From positions 1 to 64,000 of IMG/VR virus record IMGVR_UViG_3300046804_001743: a stretch of 64,000 nucleotides of DNA. One strand, given 5' to 3'. Under the pieces are notes generated by a model. It ran no database searches. It had not been told where the DNA came from and was given only the letters and a program-made list of their open reading frames with translations. The position numbers were made by a program, and so were the translations under genes. The DNA comes from a virus. Of this stretch, positions 55,239-64,000 are shown in pieces. Each line of letters starts with the position of its first letter. Position 1 is the stretch's first letter.

Positions 55239-58200
55239 ATGGCAAAACAAATAATTGATATCGGTGTACAGGGCAACGACGGTACTGGTGACAGTATCCG
55301 TGAGTCGTTTAGAAAAGTCAATGAAAACTTTACAGAACTGTATGCTGTTTTTGGTATAAGCGGAAAAATCCTCTTCACTAGCCTAGGTGATGCGCCTGCA
55401 TCGTATAGCAGAGATCAAATCATTATGTCTAGCACAGCGGGTGATAAACTCACTGCTAGAACACTTGTTGCAGGTACGGGTATTGAGATTAGCGGAACAA
55501 CTGCTAGTAATAGTCCGGATGATACACAACTGATTATTAGTTCAACTAACTCTGGTCTTATTGGCGATACAAAGCCCGCGATGTCTCAACCATTGAATGC
55601 AAACTTGTTCCCAATTGGTCGCGTTCCTGAGCCAAGTCAGACTCTAGTTAACTTGTTTAACAGCGTTCATAATACTCCAACAACACTAGATCAACTGGCT
55701 ATTCCAAAGGGTTATGCAGATAGTCGCTACATTAGTGCAACCAGCGACAAAGACGGTGAAACAACTTTATCATATTCTGTTACACCTGCCTTAAAAGTAA
55801 GAAACGAGCCGTCTATTCCTTTAACTACAGATCCAGATTATGATCCAACACTTAAAGGAAATTATCTAGCCACAGAAGCAATCCAGCGCCAAGATGCTGT
55901 ATATCGCGGTGGCGATACAATGACTGGCAAACTAACACTTGCTGATCACCCAAGTCCGTTAGAAGGTTACGGTACCCCAAATAGCTCAGCTGACTTACAG
56001 GCGGCTACAAAGTTTTATGTGGATAACCAAGTGTTTTCTAGTGGTGTTAACTTGTATGTTTCTACTACCACTGGTGACGATTTACAACAAAAAACACCGC
56101 CTGGTAAAGAAGGTCGTTACTGGCAATATGCTTATAAAACTATCGGTGCGGCTGCATTGGCTGCAGAAAATTATATTAATTTAGCTAGCCAAGAACCAGG
56201 ACCTTATCGTCAAAAAATCAGCTATACACAAGGTCCAGATCAAACTTTCTCAACAATTCAAAACGTAGCATTAACAGGCGGTAATTCAACTGATCAAGGT
56301 TATGTTGATGCGTTTGATCTGTTACAGTTAAACAGAGAATTTATACAAAAAGAAACTATTGCGTACATTAATAACAAGTATGTTAACACATTAAGTTACG
56401 ATAGAACCAAAGTACAGGATCAAATTAAATTAATTTTAGACGGTGTTGGTTGGGACTTAGTGCTAGGTTCAACTTATAATATTGATACCGAAGTTACAAA
56501 ATATCTAAGTGGTACTGACAAGATTAATGCTAATCAGTTGGTCCAAACAATTGATGCCTTAAAATATGCTAGAGATCAAGTTTTAAGTTTCTCATATGCT
56601 ACTACAAACTTATCAAACTATATCGACGATGTTATTGATGCTTTATGCTTTGACTTAGTTTTCCAATCTAACTTCCAATCTATTCAAATTGGTTTAGGGT
56701 TTGGCCTTTATAGTACAGATCTAAGTAACGCTGAAATCACCGATGTTTTAAATAATTTAAAAACATCAATACTAACATTGCCTTCAGTATCCAGTGTTGA
56801 TGCCGCGGCTGCTTCTATAACCAACAATGTAGCAAATATTATTTCAATTATTAATACAGGTGAACTACCTAGCTTAACAATTACTAATTTGTCTACAACG
56901 ACAACAGGTGTTGCTAGCGCAAAGTTATTGTTGTTAAACAACATTTCATTCTTACAAGCTGAAGTTATCAGCTTCTTAAATTCTGAATATCCTAACTTAC
57001 CATACAGCAGAGTAACTTGCCAACGAGATATCAAGTATATTGTTTGGAGCTTGATCTATGATATAGTATATGGTGGAAACCAACAGACATCAGATGCAGG
57101 GCAAAGATACTGGGCAGGTACTAGCATTACTGCTACAGCAACAAACGCAACCACTGATACTATTACAGTTTCAAATACTGCTCCCCTAGGAATTGGAGAG
57201 CCAATTACCTTTAACGGCACTTCATTTGGTGGGCTAGTTAGCGGTACTACTTACTATGTTGCTAACATTTTAGATGGGTACACTATAACAATTAGCCAGA
57301 CTAGAAATGGCACATTGTTCCCTCTATCTACTGCTACAGGAACTATGACCATCAACAACAGAGTTGTTGCCGGTGTAGAAGTATATCCAACAATTGACGC
57401 TGTTAACTATATAAACAGTCTTGCACAAAAAATTGTTAAGAACGAGACACCAACTACTGTTTACCAGCAAAGTGTTAAACAATATAAAAATGACACTTTA
57501 CTAGAAGGTAGCACTACAGTTAGCACAATCAATACGCTACTATCTAATGTTAGTTCAATAATTTTAAATCAAGATGCTGACGCCGTAACAACACCATCAG
57601 TTGTTCCTGCTCCAACTGTATTAAAAACAGCAAGAACTGCTATACTTGCTAACAAGAACACTTATAAATCTTCAGCATTGAATTATGTTAATAACAATTT
57701 CCCCGTTATTAATGATCCTGCTACTTTAGCAGATATTACTGATATTTTCCAAGTAGGTGTTGATCTGTTAACATTAGGAATTACAAACAGGGTAGTTCCT
57801 ACATACGCCGCGTCAACACAAGGTGTAGGTTATACTAATGCTTCAACATTAATTAAAGAAAACATAGATTTTATTGCAGACGAAGTTTTAGGAAAATTAA
57901 CTACAGATGAACCATCTTATGTAAGTGATCCAGACTTCAACGAAGATGAATTTGTAAGAAATATCAAAGACTTTGTCGAAGCCTCAATCTATGAAATTAC
58001 ATACTCGACAAACAGTAATACTGTAACATCAGCAAGTATTGCTAAAGGTACCTACTTACAGTCTCTTATCTACGACGTTAACGCAGGTACTTGGGATCAA
58101 ATTTACGTTGACGCAGTATTATATGCAGGAGACTTATGTGCTAACGTAGCAGTAAACAATAGTCCTGTAACTTTATATTCTTCAACATCACAGTATAAAA

Positions 58201-61200
58201 ACTTAACTTTAACTGGTGGTGCTGTTGCTAACGATATTATTAGTAGTACATTTAATATTATTACTAACATCGCCAAGGGCAATGCTGCCCCAACATTGGT
58301 GTATCCTTCAACAACTGGAAAAGATGCAGATTTTATTTCTGCACAGACTTTAATTTCTGCAAACAAAGACGCTATTGCTTCTGCAACCACTGTGTATCTT
58401 GATGCAACATATCAAGGCGGATTTAGCTACGATGAAACAACATGCTCTAGAGATGTTGGATTAATTGTTGACGGTCTAAGCATTGACGTTATTACTGGCG
58501 GAACTTATCAGGCAATTTTTGCGGGTAAGAGCTATTATCGAAATGCCAGTGCTAAGGCCGTAGCGATTGGTACACAATATACTGAAACATTAGACGCATT
58601 AAACTTCCAAAAAGAACTAATGATTCAAGTAATGAATCAAACTGTTGCTAGTCGTTATCAAACAGTTAAAGCACAATACTTTAACCCTCTCAAAGTTGCA
58701 GACACTGATGCTGTGACTGGTATGGCTAGAAACTTTGATATTATTTTAAGTATTATTGAAAACGGTATTGGTGCTGCCCCTGTTCCTAGTTTTGGTTCAG
58801 GTATTTGGAATATTACACTAGACAACGGTGGCAATGGTTATGTTGACCAAGGTCAGCCAGGCAACGTTGACATTATTCCTGCTAAGGTAATTGTAGGAGT
58901 TGACAGCGAAACTGTAACAGGCTCTGGTGCTTATGCTAGCATTGTAAAATACGAGCCAGGTGTAACAGAACCATTAGATACTTTACAAGTTAGATTAACT
59001 AAACCAGGTTTCTTCCAAGTTGGGGAACAAGTCGAGTTTGGTGAAACAGTTAGAGATTTACATATTGTTATTCAAGTTGAATCTGGTATCTACTACGAAG
59101 ATTATCCAATTCGTTTGCCGGCTAACGTTAGCTTAAGAGGTGACGAATTCCGTAGAACAATTATTCGCCCACGTGACAGAATCAGTCAATCTCCATGGCG
59201 CAAAGTGTTCTTCTACCGTGATGCTATTATCGATGCTTTAGAATTAGGTCCATACGATTATAGTACAGACTATGCTGATACTGTTACAGCTAGCTCTGTA
59301 TACCTAAGCGGTACAACAAATAAAATTGTTATTACGTTAGGTGTTGGACAAGTACCTTCTAGCTGGATCGGCAAAGTCTTAATGGATGACTACCAAGTTA
59401 CGCCAGGTGACTATAGCAAGCGTGGTCGTGCTGTTATTGACTCAGTCAGCGGCAACATCATGAACTGCTCAGTGATTTATCCTTTCCAAAATCCAGGAAC
59501 AGTTGCCATCGGCGATTGGCACTTATATGGAACTGTCAACTATGGACGTCACTACTTAACAGACCCGCTAGATATTACAAGTCCTGCAAAGAACAACAAG
59601 AAAATTGACGTATTCTTAACTAACGATGCTAACCGTATTAGTAACGTAACATTCCAAGGACATGGCGGATTTGCTATGGTGCTTGACCCAGAGGGTCAAA
59701 TTAAGACTAAGTCACCATATGGTCAAGTTTGTTCATCATTCAGTCAGTCTATTAACCGCAAGACATTTGCTGGTGGCCAGTTCATTGACGGTTTTAGTGG
59801 ACGCTTATTTGGTCGTATTATAAACGTTGAATACGATGCTATTACATCACTATATCAATTATACAAAGGTAACGGCTACACTGATGGAACCTATACAGAT
59901 GTTCCGTTGATTGGAACAACAGCAACAGTTACTGGAACACAAGCTACAGCAAACATTATAGTTTCTGGAAACCAAGTACAGTCAGTTACTATTAACAACG
60001 GTGGTATTGGATACAAAGAAGACGATGTATTAACTTGTGAAGTTCTTGGCGGCGGTTCAGGATTTACTGTTCAAGTTTATACTGTTACTGGTAACGGTAA
60101 TGGTATCCAGATCACTGTACAAGGCGAAACAAACAGCGGTCTAGACATTCGTCCTCCACAACCGCCATGTGCTTTCTTTGTACAGGGAAATCGTTATCAA
60201 ATTAACGACGTTGTAAGTTTTGATAGTACAACTGCTACTGTTGTTCTTACACTTGATGTAGGCACACCATATAACATTGCGGCACAATACGACAACGAAA
60301 AATGCTCACGAGATGTTGGACTTATCATAGATGCAGCCTGCTATGACATGGTATTAGGAACTAACTACCAGTCAATTGTTGCAGGACGAGCATACACAAG
60401 ATTAGATGCAGCCACAGTTATTAACAGTCAAAAACTTTTAACACTTGCTGGATTTAACAAAGCAAAAGACGAAGCAATCATCGCAGTACCTACAGGTTCT
60501 CAATACGATACTGCAAGGTCCACAATCAGTGCTAACCTTGGAATAGTTAACACAATTATTGATCAAGGTATTTCTGGTGCTCCGTCAATTACATACCCAA
60601 CTGCTTCTGGAATCAGCACTACAAATGCTGTTAGAGTAAAAAATAACTTGCAGGCAAACCGTGCATTTATACAACAAGAAATTACAGCATGGATTGCACA
60701 AAACTATGTAGTTAAAAATATTCCTAACTACTCAGCTGTAACTTGCCAAAGAGACGTAGGATATATCATCGATGCTATATGCTACGACATTATGTATGGC
60801 GGTACTAGTGCAACCTGGGTTTCTGCGTTAGCATACTTTAGACAAAGTATTATCGGCGAAACTCCTACTAGCACCATTCCTGGAGAAGAAACAGTTACAG
60901 TAGCAGCCTATACTAGAATGTTAACTGTAATGCAACAGATTGTGCTTAACACAACTGTTACTAAATCAAATGGTAATACCGCTGTACAGGATAAATCAAC
61001 AACTGCTATTTTAAACACAGATTCAGAATATACTAAAATCAATACGTTAGTATCTATTATTAGGGATTACATAACCGCAGGTGGTGACGAAACTGGTATT
61101 ACTGCATTTGCTAATCCTACAATCACAGGATTAAATGCTGACTTGTTAGCGGCAAGAACCGCTATTCAAAGTAGTAAAGATACAATAAGACAAGATGTAA

Positions 61201-64000
61201 TTGATTTCTTAAACTCTGGTGGTAACTTACAAATTAACATCGAAGGCGGTGGTAACAAGTCTATGCTTGCTAACGACTTTGCGATGATTAACGATTTAGG
61301 TTACGCTATCATTGCAACCAACGGTGGTGTAACAGAACAAGTTTCAACATTCACTTACTATGCTCATACACACTATTGGGCTAACAACGGCGGCCAGATT
61401 CGTTCTGTTGCTGGTTCTAATGCACACGGAACATACGCTCTACGTGCTTCAGGTTATGATGTAACTGAAAAACCAGATTCAGTTAACTTGGCCCAGAACA
61501 TGGTTCAAGTGGCTAAAGTATATAAACGAGGATTATTTACAACTCAAATGACTCCAACTGCTACTAAGCAGGCGTTGTCAATTTATATCACTAACTACGA
61601 ATACATACCATTTAATATTTCTGAAGCAGAAATTGATCATAGCGCATCAGGTGGTACTGTTACTCGATACGAAATTAGCAGTATTGAACACACCACTGTT
61701 ACTTACAACGGGTTTAATATTCTTAAACTTAACCTAAGCACAGCTGGTAATAACGGTACTTCAAGCACTGGTCTTGCGTCGGCTCTATACGATGGACAAT
61801 TAGTTACTTTACGTTCTTTACAAAACTTAAAGTTCTATAACATTGACAACGTTAAACCAACTAGACCAAGTACAGCGTTACAATACGTTGATAACTTAGG
61901 TGATATCTATCGCGTTATTGCTTATAACTTAACAGAATCAACTGGTGAATTGTTAGATGCTAATATTGCAGTATTACAAACAGACTCATCATTCTCTTAC
62001 TATAAGTTTATTACAGACCTTGTTAACCTAGGTTATGTTGATCCTGATTTTGATCTAGCTATTACTAGTATTTCAGGATCTGGTAGTAAAGTAACTATCA
62101 ACTTTGCCCCACAAACAACCGCACCGTTTGAGGTTGGAGAATATATTGTAGTTCAGGGTGTTACACCATCCGCATATAACGGTACATGGTTAGTTACAGA
62201 CAGCGACGTGTCGTACATTAAATTTGAAAGTACAACTACTGCCGCAATGACTATTCCTGGTGTTATTGGTAACAAGACTATGGGTCTTACTGTTGGCGAC
62301 TATAAGATTGCAGTTGCGCCTATTACTGTTCAAACAACTATAGATCAAATTAACAAAGGAATTTATATTACCAGTTATGCTGGTAGAACACATAGAATTG
62401 TCAGCTATACCAGCGAAGTAAGTACACCAACTGCACAGTATGTCAGTGGTGGCATTTTAACTACTACAATGATCGTTAGTAGTGCAGTTGGTGACATTGT
62501 TTACGGTATGAGAGTAAACGGCACTGGCTTTACAACACAAACTGTTGTCAGCTATACTCCAGCAGTTTCTCCATCAACATTGGCTACTATTGAACTAAGT
62601 GCTGTAGCAAGCACAACACCTAGTGGAACAATTACATTTGGTATTGCTGTTCCATCTTACCTAAGTATTGATCCAAACCCAATTACTAACCTTGCAGGCG
62701 ACGGTACAACAATCAAGGCCATGGGTTATGTAAGCAAAACTGTTCCAGCCACAGGATACAAATTTGTTACTTATGATGTTGCATGGCAACCAGACAGTTT
62801 GCCAATTGTAGACAACTTCTATAAATTTATAGGCCAGTCTACAACCAAGTTTAACGGTTATCATAAGATTGTCAGCTCTACAAGTAAGACACAATTAACT
62901 GTTACTGATACAACAGGTTTAACTGTTGGTATGGTTGTAACCAGTATTAATCCAAACGCATATATTCCAGACGGCACCACTATTGAAAGCATTGACTCTG
63001 CTACACAGTTTAGTGTAACACCGGCATGTTGGGTTCCAGCAGGTTGCGAAGTTAGCTCTACAGTTGTAGCGGTTATTGACAGAATTGACATTACTAATGC
63101 GGGCGCAGGTTACACAACACCACCAGTAATTACTATTGGTAGCGTAACTTCCGGCGGTGCTACTGTTCAAGGAACAGCGACTTGCCAAATTGATCCTGCT
63201 ACTGGTGCAATTATAAAAATTACTATTGTTAATCCAGGTTACGGATACACAAGTATCCCAGACGTTAAACTAAGTGAAGTTAAGAGCGGAGCACAATTAA
63301 CCGCTGTCCTCAGTGCAACTGCTACAAAGAATACAACTGCGTCAGCTGGTGTTATTACTAATCGAGTTACTGCTCAGTATTCATCTGATCCGGGAACATG
63401 GGTACCTGGTTTGCAAATTACAGCATCTAGCTATAATACTAAAACTGGTGCAGGCCCATACCTAGTAACTATTAACATTCCAACCCAGACCGTTGCACCA
63501 CAAGCTGGCAGCTTCTGGACATTAAGTGGCAACACTAACCCTGCGTACAACGGTACTTGGAGAGCTACTGGTGGTACTTCTGGTGCTGGTACTAGTACAA
63601 TAATTTTAAGTTTCCCAACAGATCCAGGAACATATGGTGCAGGAAGTACCGTGCTAACTCTAGAAGGTTATGTTGTAACTTCTGCAGGTATAGCTCGTGC
63701 AAGTTCAACTACTTACAATACAGTCTCTGGTTACGCAGTATCCATGACTATGCCAACTAAGATTGCGGCAACTAATGATAGTTGGGTTAAGGTATTTGGT
63801 TCTAACAATCCACTATACAATGGATTCTACCAAGTTGTTAGTGCATCAACTACTAACACTACTTTATTCTATCCATATAATCCAGACTATCAAGTTGAAG
63901 TTATAAGTTATGTAAGTAAGACAGGTTCTGGACCATATTATGTAACTTATGCAATTCCCGAACAGTTAGCGGCACCAGCAATAGGTTCAACATGGATTGT
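55239..64000 (+). CDS. giant fibre/structural protein, 5' part (>2920 aa, runs off the window)
   Basis: Uninterrupted + frame from the ATG at 55239 to the window end. N-terminal GVQGNDGTGDSIRESFRKVNENFTELY is a common phage fibre N-terminal motif. Internal repeats TC[QS]RD[VI]G.I[IV]D...D occur at least four times. Confidence 0.75.
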   Translation, partial: MAKQIIDIGVQGNDGTGDSIRESFRKVNENFTELYAVFGISGKILFTSLGDAPASYSRDQIIMSSTAGDKLTARTLVAGTGIEISGTTASNSPDDTQLIISSTNSGLIGDTKPAMSQPLNANLFPIGRVPEPSQTLVNLFNSVHNTPTTLDQLAIPKGYADSRYISATSDKDGETTLSYSVTPALKVRNEPSIPLTTDPDYDPTLKGNYLATEAIQRQDAVYRGGDTMTGKLTLADHPSPLEGYGTPNSSADLQAATKFYVDNQVFSSGVNLYVSTTTGDDLQQKTPPGKEGRYWQYAYKTIGAAALAAENYINLASQEPGPYRQKISYTQGPDQTFSTIQNVALTGGNSTDQGYVDAFDLLQLNREFIQKETIAYINNKYVNTLSYDRTKVQDQIKLILDGVGWDLVLGSTYNIDTEVTKYLSGTDKINANQLVQTIDALKYARDQVLSFSYATTNLSNYIDDVIDALCFDLVFQSNFQSIQIGLGFGLYSTDLSNAEITDVLNNLKTSILTLPSVSSVDAAAASITNNVANIISIINTGELPSLTITNLSTTTTGVASAKLLLLNNISFLQAEVISFLNSEYPNLPYSRVTCQRDIKYIVWSLIYDIVYGGNQQTSDAGQRYWAGTSITATATNATTDTITVSNTAPLGIGEPITFNGTSFGGLVSGTTYYVANILDGYTITISQTRNGTLFPLSTATGTMTINNRVVAGVEVYPTIDAVNYINSLAQKIVKNETPTTVYQQSVKQYKNDTLLEGSTTVSTINTLLSNVSSIILNQDADAVTTPSVVPAPTVLKTARTAILANKNTYKSSALNYVNNNFPVINDPATLADITDIFQVGVDLLTLGITNRVVPTYAASTQGVGYTNASTLIKENIDFIADEVLGKLTTDEPSYVSDPDFNEDEFVRNIKDFVEASIYEITYSTNSNTVTSASIAKGTYLQSLIYDVNAGTWDQIYVDAVLYAGDLCANVAVNNSPVTLYSSTSQYKNLTLTGGAVANDIISSTFNIITNIAKGNAAPTLVYPSTTGKDADFISAQTLISANKDAIASATTVYLDATYQGGFSYDETTCSRDVGLIVDGLSIDVITGGTYQAIFAGKSYYRNASAKAVAIGTQYTETLDALNFQKELMIQVMNQTVASRYQTVKAQYFNPLKVADTDAVTGMARNFDIILSIIENGIGAAPVPSFGSGIWNITLDNGGNGYVDQGQPGNVDIIPAKVIVGVDSETVTGSGAYASIVKYEPGVTEPLDTLQVRLTKPGFFQVGEQVEFGETVRDLHIVIQVESGIYYEDYPIRLPANVSLRGDEFRRTIIRPRDRISQSPWRKVFFYRDAIIDALELGPYDYSTDYADTVTASSVYLSGTTNKIVITLGVGQVPSSWIGKVLMDDYQVTPGDYSKRGRAVIDSVSGNIMNCSVIYPFQNPGTVAIGDWHLYGTVNYGRHYLTDPLDITSPAKNNKKIDVFLTNDANRISNVTFQGHGGFAMVLDPEGQIKTKSPYGQVCSSFSQSINRKTFAGGQFIDGFSGRLFGRIINVEYDAITSLYQLYKGNGYTDGTYTDVPLIGTTATVTGTQATANIIVSGNQVQSVTINNGGIGYKEDDVLTCEVLGGGSGFTVQVYTVTGNGNGIQITVQGETNSGLDIRPPQPPCAFFVQGNRYQINDVVSFDSTTATVVLTLDVGTPYNIAAQYDNEKCSRDVGLIIDAACYDMVLGTNYQSIVAGRAYTRLDAATVINSQKLLTLAGFNKAKDEAIIAVPTGSQYDTARSTISANLGIVNTIIDQGISGAPSITYPTASGISTTNAVRVKNNLQANRAFIQQEITAWIAQNYVVKNIPNYSAVTCQRDVGYIIDAICYDIMYGGTSATWVSALAYFRQSIIGETPTSTIPGEETVTVAAYTRMLTVMQQIVLNTTVTKSNGNTAVQDKSTTAILNTDSEYTKINTLVSIIRDYITAGGDETGITAFANPTITGLNADLLAARTAIQSSKDTIRQDVIDFLNSGGNLQINIEGGGNKSMLANDFAMINDLGYAIIATNGGVTEQVSTFTYYAHTHYWANNGGQIRSVAGSNAHGTYALRASGYDVTEKPDSVNLAQNMVQVAKVYKRGLFTTQMTPTATKQALSIYITNYEYIPFNISEAEIDHSASGGTVTRYEISSIEHTTVTYNGFNILKLNLSTAGNNGTSSTGLASALYDGQLVTLRSLQNLKFYNIDNVKPTRPSTALQYVDNLGDIYRVIAYNLTESTGELLDANIAVLQTDSSFSYYKFITDLVNLGYVDPDFDLAITSISGSGSKVTINFAPQTTAPFEVGEYIVVQGVTPSAYNGTWLVTDSDVSYIKFESTTTAAMTIPGVIGNKTMGLTVGDYKIAVAPITVQTTIDQINKGIYITSYAGRTHRIVSYTSEVSTPTAQYVSGGILTTTMIVSSAVGDIVYGMRVNGTGFTTQTVVSYTPAVSPSTLATIELSAVASTTPSGTITFGIAVPSYLSIDPNPITNLAGDGTTIKAMGYVSKTVPATGYKFVTYDVAWQPDSLPIVDNFYKFIGQSTTKFNGYHKIVSSTSKTQLTVTDTTGLTVGMVVTSINPNAYIPDGTTIESIDSATQFSVTPACWVPAGCEVSSTVVAVIDRIDITNAGAGYTTPPVITIGSVTSGGATVQGTATCQIDPATGAIIKITIVNPGYGYTSIPDVKLSEVKSGAQLTAVLSATATKNTTASAGVITNRVTAQYSSDPGTWVPGLQITASSYNTKTGAGPYLVTINIPTQTVAPQAGSFWTLSGNTNPAYNGTWRATGGTSGAGTSTIILSFPTDPGTYGAGSTVLTLEGYVVTSAGIARASSTTYNTVSGYAVSMTMPTKIAATNDSWVKVFGSNNPLYNGFYQVVSASTTNTTLFYPYNPDYQVEVISYVSKTGSGPYYVTYAIPEQLAAPAIGSTWI

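Noticed and set aside
55142-63188. Seven minus-strand ORFs of 67-108 aa in the ORF track (55142..55378, 56708..57034, 58103..58390, 62190..62393, 62661..62894, 62861..63091, 62919..63188)
   Set aside because: All lie antisense inside the single uninterrupted giant + strand ORF (55239 to end). They have low-complexity translations and no start context, so they are shadow ORFs.
1-64000. CRISPR array, rRNA genes, integrase or transposase
   Set aside because: No regularly spaced direct repeats. No rRNA-like conserved blocks. No ORF with recombinase or DDE motifs was seen.

Overview
The window looks like a gene-dense, low-GC segment of a large tailed-phage (myovirus-like) genome that infects a Gram-negative host. 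Genes overlap tightly (ATGA / TAATG stop-start overlaps), the lipoproteins carry lipoboxes, and recognisable phage auxiliary genes are present (mazG, clpP, DNA ligase, a 6-pyruvoyl-tetrahydropterin synthase). The main feature is a very large redox tailoring island (about 1-21 kb and again 36-48 kb). It holds 12 radical-SAM enzymes, each with a CxxxCxxC motif plus a GGE(P) motif; seven have SPASM/twitch-like Cys-rich C-termini and five share a Cys-rich N-terminal domain. It also holds at least 10 cupin / 2OG-Fe(II) oxygenase-like proteins in paralogous families, two SDRs, an NDP-sugar epimerase/dehydratase, a cytidylyltransferase-cupin fusion, a PP-loop ATPase, a methyltransferase-like protein, and several SGNH/GDSL-like proteins with a variant GCS motif. 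The 36-48 kb part is a duplicated cassette. The middle of the window (21-35 kb) has three perfect sigma70-consensus promoters (TTGACA-17-TATAAT / TACAAT). One of them fires directly into a 119-nt tRNA-like element, and two leaders share the motif ACACACTGAGGCACA. This region also encodes a clear IF-1 (infA) homolog overlapping an AbrB/SpoVT-like gene, and a cluster of host-envelope proteins (lipoproteins, an entericidin-like lipoprotein, an SPFH/band-7 lipoprotein, small TM peptides). A Bax-inhibitor-1/YccA-family protein and an authentic ClpP sit nearby, which suggests manipulation of host FtsH/membrane proteostasis. Two paralogous HExxH zincin-like proteins and a small secreted HExxH protein are also present. 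The 3' third encodes a fibre-like protein, QueD/PTPS, UvdE, a bidirectional terminator, a Lys-rich histone-like protein, a SOD-like protein with degenerate metal ligands, an IscA/HesB Fe-S carrier, and the start of a giant (>2920 aa, truncated) repeat-containing fibre/structural ORF. No CRISPR array, rRNA or obvious transposase was seen.
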